Assembly (NCBI GenBank): GCA_963702845.1
Contig: OY969763.1
Coordinates: forward strand, 1-64,000
DNA: 64,000 nt
Origin: an uncultured Verrucomicrobiae bacterium
GTDB lineage: Bacteria > Verrucomicrobiota > Verrucomicrobiia > Limisphaerales > Palsa-1400
Direction: 5' to 3'
The notes under the pieces were generated by a model. The model was not told the DNA's origin. It made no database searches and saw only the letters and a list, made by a program, of their open reading frames with translations. Positions within the stretch are counted from its first letter, which is position 1. Each line of letters opens with the position of its first letter. The translations under genes were made by a program, and so were the position numbers. Positions 44,703 to 55,127 of the stretch are shown one piece after another.

Positions 44703-46736
44703 ATGGCTGAAGAAAATAAACGCACGGAACCGGATAAGAATAGTAAACGTAATGGCGGCAATGACTTCCGCGTGCCTTCGCGCACGGTGTTGGTCTGGGT
44801 CGGCATCATTGGCCTGATCACCGTTATCTTCATGTTCCGCAATCAAACGGAACAAAAATCGGAGAATTTCACGTATTATTCACAGCTTGAAGACAAGATG
44901 ACCAACAACCTTATCGTGCCCGGCACAGGTAAGGTCACGTTCGTGGCGCAGTCGCCGGACATGCGGCGCATCACGGGTAGATATTCCAATAAGGTCGAGA
45001 AGGACGGCAAGAAATCGGAAATGCCGTTTGCTTTGGAAACGCCGTTGACGGATGCATTGGCGACGCCGTTGCTGCGCTCGGGTGCGTTCCAGTTCGTTCA
45101 GCCAAACAGTGTCATGCTGAATATCTTTATTCAGGTGTTCCCGTTCCTGCTGATTTTGGCGGTGATTTATTTCTTCCTGATTCGGCAGATTAAATCAGCG
45201 GGCAAAGGCGCGCTGAGCTTCGGCAAGAGCCGCGCGCGGATGCTCAATAAGGACAAGAACAAGCTGACGTTCAAGGACGTCGCCGGCGTTGAGGAAGCGA
45301 AAGAAGAAGTTTCCGAACTGGTCGAGTTCTTGAAGGACCCGAAGAAGTTTCAAAAGCTCGGTGGCCGTATTCCCAAGGGCATCCTGATGGTCGGCGCGCC
45401 TGGCACGGGCAAGACGTTGCTCGCAAAAGCGATCGCTGGCGAAGCGGACGCGTCATTCTTTAGCATCAGCGGTTCGGACTTCGTGGAAATGTTCGTGGGC
45501 GTGGGCGCGAGCCGCGTGCGCGACATGTTCGAACAAGCGCGCAAGAGCACTCCTTGCTTGATTTTCATCGACGAAATCGACGCTGTCGGCCGGAGCCGTG
45601 GCCATGGTTACGGCGGTGGTAACGATGAACGCGAACAGACGTTGAACGCGTTGCTCGTTGAAATGGACGGTTTTGATACGCAGGACGGCATTATTATTAT
45701 TGCGGCGACCAATCGCCCGGACGTTCTGGATCCAGCGTTATTGCGCCCCGGCCGTTTCGATCGCCAGATCATGGTGAGCTTGCCGGATGTGCGCGGTCGT
45801 GAAGCGATTCTCAAAGTGCATGCTCGCAACGTGAAGCTTGATCCGACTGTGAATCTGGCCGTGATCGCTCGTGGCACGCCTGGTTACTCCGGCGCGGACC
45901 TCGCGAACTTGCTCAATGAAGCGGCGTTGCTCGCAGCGCGCATGAGCAAGAAGAGTATCGGCATGCTCGAACTCGAAGAAGCCCGCGTCAAAGTGCGCAT
46001 GGGCCGCGAACGTCGCAGTATGGCGATGTCCGAAGAGAACAAGAAACTTACCGCGTGGCACGAAGCCGGCCATGCCTTGGTCAACGTGATGCTCGAACAC
46101 ACGGATCCATTGCATAAAGTGACGATCATCCCGCGCGGACAGTCCCTCGGCTCGACAATGTCATTGCCGGAAGAAGACAGGCTGAACCATCACCGCAAAG
46201 CGATTTTGGATTTCGTGGCTGTTACGATGGCCGGACGTATCGCGGAAGAACTTGTGGCCGGTGATGTTTCGAGCGGAGCCGCTGGCGATATTCAACAGGC
46301 GACCAACATCGCCCGCGCGATGGTTTGCCAGTGGGGCATGAGCGACAAGCTCGGCATGGTCCAATACGGCAACGACGAACATTCGTTCATGGGCCGCGAA
46401 ATGGGTGGTCCGAAAAACTACAGTGAAGCGACCGCGCAGGAAATTGATGCCGAGGTGAAACGCATCATTCAGGAACAATACGATCGCGCGAAGCAGTTGA
46501 TCATGACGCATCGCGACAAGCTCGAGATCATCGCTCGTGCCTTGCTCGAATACGAAACTCTCGATGGCACGCAGGTCGAAGAAATCATGAAGACCGGCAC
46601 GTTCACGCCACCGCCGGAAACGCCGAAAGTCGATCCGCCGACGGGTGCGATTGCGACAACGCCGGTGCATGAAGTGCCGAAACCGCTGCCGCCGAAACTG
46701 CCTGGATTCGGTTCGCCAGCTCCCGCGGCGATTTAA
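44703..46736 (+). CDS. ftsH: ATP-dependent zinc metalloprotease FtsH
   Basis: Two TM segments, [47 protein letters not shown]. Confidence 0.97.
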   Translation: MAEENKRTEPDKNSKRNGGNDFRVPSRTVLVWVGIIGLITVIFMFRNQTEQKSENFTYYSQLEDKMTNNLIVPGTGKVTFVAQSPDMRRITGRYSNKVEKDGKKSEMPFALETPLTDALATPLLRSGAFQFVQPNSVMLNIFIQVFPFLLILAVIYFFLIRQIKSAGKGALSFGKSRARMLNKDKNKLTFKDVAGVEEAKEEVSELVEFLKDPKKFQKLGGRIPKGILMVGAPGTGKTLLAKAIAGEADASFFSISGSDFVEMFVGVGASRVRDMFEQARKSTPCLIFIDEIDAVGRSRGHGYGGGNDEREQTLNALLVEMDGFDTQDGIIIIAATNRPDVLDPALLRPGRFDRQIMVSLPDVRGREAILKVHARNVKLDPTVNLAVIARGTPGYSGADLANLLNEAALLAARMSKKSIGMLELEEARVKVRMGRERRSMAMSEENKKLTAWHEAGHALVNVMLEHTDPLHKVTIIPRGQSLGSTMSLPEEDRLNHHRKAILDFVAVTMAGRIAEELVAGDVSSGAAGDIQQATNIARAMVCQWGMSDKLGMVQYGNDEHSFMGREMGGPKNYSEATAQEIDAEVKRIIQEQYDRAKQLIMTHRDKLEIIARALLEYETLDGTQVEEIMKTGTFTPPPETPKVDPPTGAIATTPVHEVPKPLPPKLPGFGSPAPAAI

Positions 46737-46758
46737 TCAATAGGTAACTTTACATGCG

Positions 46759-46786
46759 AAAGGACAGTCGAAAGGCTGTCCTTTTT
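46759..46786 (+). terminator. Intrinsic terminator
   Basis: AAAGGACAGTC-GAAA-GGCTGTCCTTTTT. Confidence 0.85.
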
Positions 46787-46823
46787 GCTTTCCCTGATTA
46801 AACGTCTGTTTTATTGTCGGCCC

Positions 46824-47630
46824 GTGCAGAGGCCCGTCGCAGTGATCGCAGTGGTATTAGGCGCACTCGTTCTGGCTGGTTGTTCCGACCAACTCGAAAA
46901 CGAGAACAGCGCACTAAAAGCTCAAACCCGTTCTCTTTCTGAGAGCCGCAAAGCCGACGAAACGAGGTTTTTAACTCTCTCGACCAACATCGCAACTTTG
47001 CAGGACAGGATTCGTGAATTGCAAACGAGCGATCAGGATCAAATCTCCGACCAGAAGCGAACGATTGCGTCACTCTCAGCCGAAAATATCCGCCAGAAGG
47101 AAGACATCGAGAATTTGCGGCGAGCGTTAGCTGACGAAAAAGCGTTATTCGACAAATACAGACAAGACGTCACTCTACAACTGCAAAAGCCCGGTCGCAT
47201 GAAGGTGACGGTGACCTATAAAACCGACACCGCGACCGTTCCCGACAACGGTGCCAGTGTCAGTTTACATCTCATCAAAGATACGACGGTTGTTTATCGG
47301 GCGATCGCCGGCCTGGACGGCATGGCGGTTTTGGATCGGATCAAGCCGGGGAAATATCTGTGCATCATTCATTCCGGCAACGCTCATCAGCGGATGCGTC
47401 CCGGCGGTGCTGAACTAGTGCGTCAACGCATCTGGAAGACCGATCGGACGATGCTCTCTTACTATCTGGACGACGCCCAGATTAGATTGCTCGATCACGA
47501 CCTGAGCGATTCAGATGCCTCCGGCCATTTCCTCGAAGCGCTTCTCGCCAAAACTTACGTGCGGGAAATTGACGTCGGACCGCAAGACCAGGTGCCCATC
47601 ACTTGCGACTTTGGTCAGGGCGCGTTTTAG
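46824..47630 (+). CDS. Lipoprotein with coiled coil and C-terminal beta-rich domain
   Basis: Lipobox LAGC after a hydrophobic stretch; heptad-rich region; GTG start 6 nt after TATTGT. Confidence 0.7.
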   Translation: MQRPVAVIAVVLGALVLAGCSDQLENENSALKAQTRSLSESRKADETRFLTLSTNIATLQDRIRELQTSDQDQISDQKRTIASLSAENIRQKEDIENLRRALADEKALFDKYRQDVTLQLQKPGRMKVTVTYKTDTATVPDNGASVSLHLIKDTTVVYRAIAGLDGMAVLDRIKPGKYLCIIHSGNAHQRMRPGGAELVRQRIWKTDRTMLSYYLDDAQIRLLDHDLSDSDASGHFLEALLAKTYVREIDVGPQDQVPITCDFGQGAF

Positions 47631-47646
47631 TTCTTCTCGAACGATC

Positions 47647-49560
47647 TTAAGGTTGAGTTGCCTGGTAGAAATACTGCGGCGAGGTTGTGGTCGAATCCGT
47701 GAACTGCAGCGTGCCCGATGGACTCGAGAAGCGGCCCAATAATGTCCAATTGAAAAAATCATCCGATCGGTAAACCGAGAAGGTGCGCCCGGGCAATCCG
47801 CGCATGTTGAGCTGTATCGTGTTTCCATTCAGAGCATCAGAGAACTCCGTCGCGCGCACCAAGGCGCCTTTGCCGCCGTTGTAAAGCGTGCTGATTTCCG
47901 TCGTGCTCAAGGCGCGATTGAAGATGATTACTTCGTCCACTGTGCCGAGTATGTAATCCAGAAGGTTGCCGGTGGAAGTCACGTAATCTGCGCCAAAATA
48001 TTTTCGCGGCAGCGGAATTGAATTCGTCAAGGAACCGACCTGCGTTCCGTTGGCATACAAAGTCGTTCCAGTGGAAGTGCCGACAAATACCAAATGCGTC
48101 CAGGTGCTTAGAGGTGTGGCATAACCGAATGTGTAATCGCCTACACCAAACACGGTCAGGCCGACCTGCCGCGTGAGATTGTATTGTTCGAGTTTCAACG
48201 AATACGCACCGTCACTCAACAGGCCTGCCGACACGCCAGATGCATTCTGTCGGTTCACCCACAGCGATAGCGTCCACGGCACGGCCAAACTGCCGGCATT
48301 GTTGGTGAGGTAAGCGTTCGAGCCATTGAATTTCCAGCCACGTCCTATTTTTCCAGTCGCGTAAGTGAAATAGCCGTTCGGGCCATAGGTATTCGTGCCG
48401 AATAAATCGGTGCAGGTTGCTTCGCACGGATACAAATCCACGAAGCCCGTCGGCATCATGTTAGCATTTACGCCATTGGTGAAAGGCGCGATGACAGAAA
48501 TGCACGCGATAGAACTGGTGGCCATGCCGAGCGAGTTGCTGACGCTGACGTAATAATTACCCGCAGCCGAAAGTTGGACGTTCGTCACGCTGAAGTTTGT
48601 CGTCGTGATGGTGGCGACGTTTACCTGGTTCGAATACCACCGGAACGTGAACGGCGCGGTGCCAAGCAAACCTAAATTGAATGTCACGTCGTCACCGGCG
48701 TTGACTGTAACACTGTCGATGTCGTTGGTTATGATAGGCCCGCCGTTTCCGCCGATCATCAGCGTTTGGAGAAGTTGGTTTGTGGTGCCGTTAAAAACAT
48801 CCGAGTCACCGCCAGACCAGTTGGTATCGGCGTATTGCCAAATGGTAAAGGTGCTCCAAGGGGAGGTTGAAGGTGCACCGGTTTGGGCATTGGGATTGCT
48901 CGGATAACCTGACATCGCATTCGGCCATTGGGTGACAGTCGAATTCAACCCGCCGTTGTATCCAGAGCCTGGCCCGCAATACCACGTGCCAGAATAAACC
49001 AGGCACTTCATCGTGATGCCTTTGGTTTTCGCGTAGTTCGAGACGTAATAGCACCATTCATTGACCCATTGCGACATCGTCGTCTGGTTCAAAACCGCCG
49101 TGGACACATTTGTGACGTATGGATCTTCCCAGTCCAGCATTGGAACCAGATATTTCCCACCGGTTTGGATATAAGGAGACGCGGTATTGAGGAAGTATTG
49201 CGCTTCAGTATCGGCACTATTCGCACCGGTAATATTCGGGTGCGCATTTGGGCGCGCAAAGTGATATAGCCCGACTGGAATGCCCTGCGCTTTGGCCCCG
49301 GCGACCTGGCTGGCCATAGTCGAGCTCACAAAACCGGTGCTCTCCGTTGCTTTAATGTAAGCGAAATACACGCCATTGGTTTTGCAGTGGACCCAATCGA
49401 TATTAGCCGGTTGGTAGGCCGAAACGTCGGTGCCGAGTGGTTTGAGCGCAAAGGCCGAACCGCAACCGGCAAGGATAACGAACAGGACCAGTGCCGCTAT
49501 ACAGTTAGATCGAGCGGAGCTTCTTAAGGAGCGCGCCGGATATTGAACAGAAGGAGTCAT
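47647..49560 (-). CDS. Secreted GH25 muramidase + Ig + LamG + C-terminal domain
   Basis: GTDVSAYQ, IKATE, GLYHFARP, PMLDWED, IWQY, DSDVFNG; LamG (WTLSLWV, WTHLVFV, GTVDEVIIFNRALS). Confidence 0.88.
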   Translation of the reverse strand: MTPSVQYPARSLRSSARSNCIAALVLFVILAGCGSAFALKPLGTDVSAYQPANIDWVHCKTNGVYFAYIKATESTGFVSSTMASQVAGAKAQGIPVGLYHFARPNAHPNITGANSADTEAQYFLNTASPYIQTGGKYLVPMLDWEDPYVTNVSTAVLNQTTMSQWVNEWCYYVSNYAKTKGITMKCLVYSGTWYCGPGSGYNGGLNSTVTQWPNAMSGYPSNPNAQTGAPSTSPWSTFTIWQYADTNWSGGDSDVFNGTTNQLLQTLMIGGNGGPIITNDIDSVTVNAGDDVTFNLGLLGTAPFTFRWYSNQVNVATITTTNFSVTNVQLSAAGNYYVSVSNSLGMATSSIACISVIAPFTNGVNANMMPTGFVDLYPCEATCTDLFGTNTYGPNGYFTYATGKIGRGWKFNGSNAYLTNNAGSLAVPWTLSLWVNRQNASGVSAGLLSDGAYSLKLEQYNLTRQVGLTVFGVGDYTFGYATPLSTWTHLVFVGTSTGTTLYANGTQVGSLTNSIPLPRKYFGADYVTSTGNLLDYILGTVDEVIIFNRALSTTEISTLYNGGKGALVRATEFSDALNGNTIQLNMRGLPGRTFSVYRSDDFFNWTLLGRFSSPSGTLQFTDSTTTSPQYFYQATQP

Positions 49561-49568
49561 ACGAAAAA

Positions 49569-51434
49569 CTACGGCTGGGCCGCCTGATAGAAATATTGCG
49601 GCGTGCCAGACGCTGAGTCAAAAAATTGCAGCGTGCCGGATGGCGCTGAGAACCGGCCGAGGGATGTCCAACTGGTAAAATCGGTTGTTCGAAATACGCT
49701 AAAGGTCTTTCCAGTGATGCCGCGCATGTTCAGTGTCACGGCGTTGCCGCTGACGGTCAATGCGGTGAATTCGGGCGCGCGAATGAGCCCTGCTGCGCCG
49801 GTGCTATAAACGGCGGTGATTTCGGAGGCGCTCAATGCGCGGTTGAAAGTCATCATCTCGTCAATGGTGCCGAGCATGTAGTCCGTGATGACGCTGCCGG
49901 ATGAGACGAAGCTCACGCCCATGTACTTTCGCGGTAAAGGTTGCGAGTTGGTGAGCGAAGTTTGCAATGATCCATTGACGTAAAGCGATGTGCCTGTCGA
50001 AGTGCCGACCAAAGCGACGTGTGTCCAGATGTTCGCCGGCACGACGTAGCCGAATGTGTAATCGGCAGCGCCGAATTTCGTGATGCCCAGTTGCCGGGTC
50101 CCGTTGTATTGCTCGAGTTTGAACGAATAAGTTCCATCGCTGAGGAACGCCGCTGATGTGCCCGGTGCATTCTGTCGATTGACCCAGAACACCAGCGTCC
50201 ATGGCAGGGCAAGGCTTGCCGCACCATTGGTCAAATACGTGGAGGTGCCATCGAAATGAAAACCGAGCCCCGGCCGTCCGGTTGCATAATAAAAATTTCC
50301 GTAAGGTGTCTCGTTAGCCGTGCCGAACGAATCCGCCGTATCGGCTTGGCCATCCCACCAGTTGACCAGGCCGGTCGGCGCGAGGATCGAGCCGGGCGCG
50401 TTCGTTGGAGGCATGGAGACGGAAAGATAAGCAGACGCGCTGGTGGAGCTGCCGGTGGAATTGGAAACGATGACCGAATAGTTGCCCGCGTTTGTCGCTT
50501 GCACACTTGCGATCGAGTAAGCGCTCGTCGTCGCGCTAGCGATGTTTGTCGTGTTAAAGCGCCATTGGTATTTCAGCGAAGTTCCGGTCGAACCGACCGC
50601 AAAGGATACGTTCGTGCCGAGCGGGGCAACGATGCTGTCAGGCTGATTAGTGATTTGAGGTCCGGTGCCCCCTATTACCTGCGTCGTGCCTAGTGTGGCC
50701 GCTAATCCATTAAAAACGTCTTTGTCGATATTGGCTGAATAGCCGGTGATTCCTCCGGTCGATGAATATTGCCAAAAGTTCCACTTGTCTGTTCCCGAAC
50801 CCCAGCGTTCGCAGCCTGTGCAAGTGCTCCAGGGAGTGCCGGTTTCCGCGGCTTCACCGTTGTAATCGGCGATGTCGGAGTACCATGGGCTAATCGTCGA
50901 ATCAAAACTACAGGCGTTGCAAGCGCTGACATAAATGTTTGGTTTCAGCGTAACCGATTGCCCTGCGGCGTCTGCTACGATGGCGTTGCACCACTCATTG
51001 CACCAGGCAGTCGTGCTCGTAGAGCCTACATGCCCGCTGAACGCCGCCCCTTCGACATCTAACATTGGCATTAAGCTGAGGCCGTCGTTTTTAGTATAAG
51101 TCGCGGCGCGGCCCCAGAAATGGGCCGCTTCTGTTGCTGACGCATTGCTTTCGGGATGACAGTAATGATAGGAACCCATGTAGATGCCGACGGCTTTGCC
51201 GTGAGGCATGTGGGCCGTGTATTGGTCGTCGCTGCCGGTAGCGCCTTCGGTCGCTTTGGCCCAAGCGAATGTGATGCCGCCGCTTTTTATCGACGGCCAG
51301 TCCATATTGCCGTCGGGCTGATAAGTGGAAACGTCGATGCCCAATGGCCGCGCCGCCAGCAACACTATTTGGCTGGCGAGATAAAGCGCGAGCGCAAGCT
51401 TTCGAGTCAATCGAAGAGAAAACCTGGCGGGCAT
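49569..51434 (-). CDS. Secreted GH25 muramidase + Ig + LamG + C-terminal domain
   Basis: GIDVSTYQ, AKATEG, GSYHY, PMLDVEG, FWQYS, DKDVFNG; ITNQP Ig domain; LamG; ATG at 51434. Confidence 0.88.
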   Translation of the reverse strand: MPARFSLRLTRKLALALYLASQIVLLAARPLGIDVSTYQPDGNMDWPSIKSGGITFAWAKATEGATGSDDQYTAHMPHGKAVGIYMGSYHYCHPESNASATEAAHFWGRAATYTKNDGLSLMPMLDVEGAAFSGHVGSTSTTAWCNEWCNAIVADAAGQSVTLKPNIYVSACNACSFDSTISPWYSDIADYNGEAAETGTPWSTCTGCERWGSGTDKWNFWQYSSTGGITGYSANIDKDVFNGLAATLGTTQVIGGTGPQITNQPDSIVAPLGTNVSFAVGSTGTSLKYQWRFNTTNIASATTSAYSIASVQATNAGNYSVIVSNSTGSSTSASAYLSVSMPPTNAPGSILAPTGLVNWWDGQADTADSFGTANETPYGNFYYATGRPGLGFHFDGTSTYLTNGAASLALPWTLVFWVNRQNAPGTSAAFLSDGTYSFKLEQYNGTRQLGITKFGAADYTFGYVVPANIWTHVALVGTSTGTSLYVNGSLQTSLTNSQPLPRKYMGVSFVSSGSVITDYMLGTIDEMMTFNRALSASEITAVYSTGAAGLIRAPEFTALTVSGNAVTLNMRGITGKTFSVFRTTDFTSWTSLGRFSAPSGTLQFFDSASGTPQYFYQAAQP

Positions 51435-51527
51435 CCGACTAAGATAGCCACATTCGTGATGCAAAAACAAGTCAAACGCACGTCTTGCTGCATTAAAATT
51501 TGTTTAGAATCCGTCCGGGCGCAACGC

Positions 51528-51542
51528 GCTGAATCGGTGCCA
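51528..51542 (-). promoter_or_regulatory. Candidate sigma54 promoter upstream of the GH25 pair
   Basis: Minus strand TTTTGGCACCGATTCAGC, GG-N10-GC. Confidence 0.45.
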
Positions 51543-51549
51543 AAACGCA

Positions 51550-54138
51550 CTATTTGGGCGCGCTGACCCGATAGAAAAACTGCGGGTAATTTGTGGAGGC
51601 CGAGTCGTTAAATTGCGCTGTTCCGGTATCGTTTGTCAGAACCGCGATCTGTAGCCAATCAATTAGATTGGACGAGCCCTCGACGATGTAGCCGGGACCG
51701 GGCGCGCCATTGATGGTGAATTGGAACAGGCCATCTGGCGTTACGGTTGGTGAAGAGGTTTGCATCTGCACGACGCTGAGCACGGCGTTGCTTGTGCTGT
51801 TCGTGCCAGCACTGTTAAACACCGTGCCTACGTAAGTCCCCGCGTCAGCAAATTGAACGTTCGTCAAAGTGAGCTGATCAGCGGTCGCGCCAGAAATAAT
51901 GCCGTTGTTCTTCGTCCATTGAAAAATGAGTGGCTGACTACCCGTGCAGGTGAAAGCAAAGTTGGCATTGGCACCAACGTTGGCCGTTTGAGAATGGGGC
52001 TGCGAAGTTAATGTTGGCGGCACAAGGACGGTCAGCACGACCGACGAACTGGTAACTGAGCCCGCCACGTTCGAAAGAATCACCGAATAACTACCGGCAT
52101 TAGTCGTTTGCGCATTAACAATCGTGTAACTGCTCGCGGTTGCATTCGCAATCGGAGCGTTGTTGAAACGCCATTGGAAATTCGGCGCAGGCGTTCCACT
52201 GGCGGCGACGTTGAAGGTGGTGTTACTGCTGAGCACAACAGTCTGCGACGAAGGCTGTCCTGTTATGTCCGGCGCCACCGCGGGAATTTCCACGCGCAGA
52301 TTGTCGATCAGTCCGAAACTGAGATTCGTGTTATCAGATAACGACGAAAATGGATCCCAATAACCGACAAAAATATTGCTGGCGATTATTGACGCGCTGC
52401 TGACGGAAGCGATTTTCAGACCGTCGATAAACCAATCAACTGTGCTCGCGCCTTTGTTGATGACGACGTCATGCCAGCCCAGTCCGACTGTTCCTGCGGC
52501 TAACGTTCCGGTTTGCTGCGGGTAGGTTGATTGTTGAAGGGCAGGGGCAGCCTGACTGCCGGGGAATACGTTTTGATAATATCCATCGCTGGTTTGGTTT
52601 GCTGCCGCCTGTGTTCCAGCGGTGTAGACGCCGTTCGACACAGCAAGGAATGTCGTCCCTGTATACGCGCCAAAATCACCAGTCGTTGCGGACGTGTCTG
52701 AGACGTCGCCTTCGCCATCGACAAAAAAGTAAACGCCATCCGCCGTCGAGCCATTGCCATTCCACTCCGTGCGATTGCCCAATGTTCCGACTCCCGCCGT
52801 CAGTGCCTCAGTCGATCCACCGCCGCCGCCTGTGTCAGGGCCTTGCAATGGACCATTCACGTTAATCCACATGTCGAAATGCAGACGATAATTGCCGCTG
52901 AACGCCTGGTTTTTTGGCGATACGCTTACGGCAGCAATGTTGGTTTTTGTGAGATTTGCTTCCAGGCGCAAACCTTTGGTCGTCGCGTTAACTGAGTTGG
53001 GTGCAGCCGGAATTCCAATCGTCGAGTAGTCGTAAGCAAACGTGACGCGCGTGTCAGTCGACGACTTGTTCAGTGTCCAATTGGCCGCTGAACTGACATC
53101 GAAATCATCGCTGAATACCGGTGTGTAGGACTGGTTCACGGTCAGGACGGCGTTGCTGCTCGTTGCAGTTCCTAAAGAAGTGACTGCGACAACAGTGTAT
53201 GAACCGGCGTTGGTCGACTGAATGTTTGTGAGCGTCAGAGTGCTTTTCGTTGAGCCGGAAATACTCGTTCCATTAAAGCGCCATTGGTAGGTAGCGCCGT
53301 TCGTCGTGGTCACACCTACTCGCATTATCAAAGAACTTCCGCGATCGGCATAACGACTGGACGGCTGCGAATTGATGACGCTACTGCCGATGACCAATTT
53401 CGTGATAAGCTGCGCCATCGTGCCGTTAAAAACGTCGCCGTCCGCATTTTGGGTGGCGCCGGCCAATGGCGCTGAATCGGTATTTTGCCAAAGCGTCCAT
53501 GCACCCGCTCCCCACCTCTCACAACTCGTGCAGGCCGTCCACGGCGTGCTCGTTTGCGCGTTCTGCCCGTTATAGTCGGCAATCCAGGGAATGGCCGAGG
53601 ACACCGAACTGTCGTAGTAACAAGCGTTGCAGGCGCTCACATAAACGATAGGTTTAATCAGCACTCCGTTGGCGGCGGCATTGTTGCTGATTATCGTGTT
53701 CCATTGGATTGACCAATCCGAATGGCTCGTGGCGCCGACAACGCCGTTCGTGAACCGCTCGTAATCGAGCATGGGCATCAAATAAAACCCGCCATTTTTG
53801 ATATATGAGCCGGCCACACTCCAAAAATGCGCGGCTTCATCGGCAGGCGTGTGAAGTTCCGGGTGGGCGAAATGATACGCGCCAATCAGGACGCCCGCTG
53901 CTTTGGCGTTGGCCATGTTAATGGTAAAATCAGCGTCGTTGACCGTTAGTCCCTCAGTCGCTTTGGCCCAGGCAAAGCTGATGCCGTTGGCTTTGGCAGT
54001 TGCCCAATTGATTGAGGCACCTTGATAGCTCGAAACATCGACACCAACGGGGCGCTGTGCGAACGATGCGAGGGCGGTGAACAGTAAAAAGAGGAGGGCG
54101 AGCTTTGCGGAACAACGAACAGAAAGCCGGGCGGGCAT
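51550..54138 (-). CDS. Secreted GH25 muramidase + Ig + unassigned beta domain + 2 Ig + C-terminal domain
   Basis: GVDVSSYQG, AKATEG, GAYHFAHP, PMLDYE, LWQ, DGDVFNG; three xQP...YQW...AGxY Ig repeats; ends FFYRVSAPK. Confidence 0.88.
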   Translation of the reverse strand: MPARLSVRCSAKLALLFLLFTALASFAQRPVGVDVSSYQGASINWATAKANGISFAWAKATEGLTVNDADFTINMANAKAAGVLIGAYHFAHPELHTPADEAAHFWSVAGSYIKNGGFYLMPMLDYERFTNGVVGATSHSDWSIQWNTIISNNAAANGVLIKPIVYVSACNACYYDSSVSSAIPWIADYNGQNAQTSTPWTACTSCERWGAGAWTLWQNTDSAPLAGATQNADGDVFNGTMAQLITKLVIGSSVINSQPSSRYADRGSSLIMRVGVTTTNGATYQWRFNGTSISGSTKSTLTLTNIQSTNAGSYTVVAVTSLGTATSSNAVLTVNQSYTPVFSDDFDVSSAANWTLNKSSTDTRVTFAYDYSTIGIPAAPNSVNATTKGLRLEANLTKTNIAAVSVSPKNQAFSGNYRLHFDMWINVNGPLQGPDTGGGGGSTEALTAGVGTLGNRTEWNGNGSTADGVYFFVDGEGDVSDTSATTGDFGAYTGTTFLAVSNGVYTAGTQAAANQTSDGYYQNVFPGSQAAPALQQSTYPQQTGTLAAGTVGLGWHDVVINKGASTVDWFIDGLKIASVSSASIIASNIFVGYWDPFSSLSDNTNLSFGLIDNLRVEIPAVAPDITGQPSSQTVVLSSNTTFNVAASGTPAPNFQWRFNNAPIANATASSYTIVNAQTTNAGSYSVILSNVAGSVTSSSVVLTVLVPPTLTSQPHSQTANVGANANFAFTCTGSQPLIFQWTKNNGIISGATADQLTLTNVQFADAGTYVGTVFNSAGTNSTSNAVLSVVQMQTSSPTVTPDGLFQFTINGAPGPGYIVEGSSNLIDWLQIAVLTNDTGTAQFNDSASTNYPQFFYRVSAPK

Positions 54139-54175
54139 CAAGTTAGACTATTCACAAATGGCACTGAAAAACAAC

Positions 54176-54203
54176 AAAAAGCCGGTCAGATTGACCGGCT
54201 TTT
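54176..54203 (-). terminator. Intrinsic terminator after atpG (bidirectional-capable)
   Basis: AAAAAGCCGGTCA-GAT-TGACCGGCTTTT. Confidence 0.85.
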
Positions 54204-54235
54204 GGAGGTGAAACTTGATTAAAGTTTTAGATCGC

Positions 54236-55114
54236 TTAACCCATCGCCATGGCTGCGCTGGTGATTTCCAGGAGCTCTCGGGTGATGTTCGCTTGACGAA
54301 GCTTGTTGTATTCCAGCGTCAAATCCTTGATGAGCTGCTTCGCGTTGTCGGTCGCATTCTTCATGGCGACCATGCGCGCGCTCTGTTCGGAAGCTTTGGC
54401 TTCGAGCAGGATTTGGTAGATCTGGAAATTTAGACTGTGCGGCAGCAATGCCGACAACACCGTCGGCTCGTTTGGTTCGTAGATAAACTCAAGGTTGGCG
54501 TTGTTAGCAGTGGCGCTTTCAACGGCGACGTTGCTTGCGGTGGAGTGCACCTTGATTTCGCCCATCGGCAAGAGTTCCTGGAGTTCGGGCCGCAGGTTTA
54601 ATGTCGAGATGAAGCGGGTGTAGAGAACATCGACACGATCCACTTTTCCTTCGGTAAACATGTTGACTGCAAATTTCGCAATCGCGCGCGCTTCGCTGAA
54701 GAGCGGGGTATCGCGATAGGTGAACTCCGCGGCCAGCTCGCGCTTTGTGCGGGCGATAAATTGGGATGCTTTGCGACCGGCGGTGATGAAAGCTGTGTTT
54801 TCGCGATCGATTTTCGCGGCTTCGCGCATGAGATTGCTGTTGAGCCCGCCGCACAAGCCTTTGTCGGAGCTGACGAGGATAACCAAACGCTTCTTGACTT
54901 CGCGCTTCTCCATCAACGGATGCGAGATGTCACCAGCGGAAGACGCCAACGGCGCGAGGATTTCATCCAGCAACGTGGCGTAAGGCCGGCTGGCCAAAGC
55001 CGATTGTTGCGCTCGGCGCATCTTGGACGCAGCGACCATTTGCATGGCCTTGGTGATCTGCGCCGTGTTTTTGACCGACTTAATGCGGCGGCGTATGTCG
55101 CGTGTTGAAGGCAT
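54236..55114 (-). CDS. atpG: ATP synthase F1 gamma subunit
   Basis: RRIKSVKNTAQITKAMQMVAASK, DKGLCG, SEQSARMVAMKNATDNA, RQANITRE. Confidence 0.97.
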   Translation of the reverse strand: MPSTRDIRRRIKSVKNTAQITKAMQMVAASKMRRAQQSALASRPYATLLDEILAPLASSAGDISHPLMEKREVKKRLVILVSSDKGLCGGLNSNLMREAAKIDRENTAFITAGRKASQFIARTKRELAAEFTYRDTPLFSEARAIAKFAVNMFTEGKVDRVDVLYTRFISTLNLRPELQELLPMGEIKVHSTASNVAVESATANNANLEFIYEPNEPTVLSALLPHSLNFQIYQILLEAKASEQSARMVAMKNATDNAKQLIKDLTLEYNKLRQANITRELLEITSAAMAMG

Positions 55115-55127
55115 CGCTCGTTACAGT

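Noticed and set aside
47647..54138. GH25 genes as prophage endolysins
   Set aside because: Signal peptides, Ig/LamG modules, and no holin, structural or integrase genes nearby
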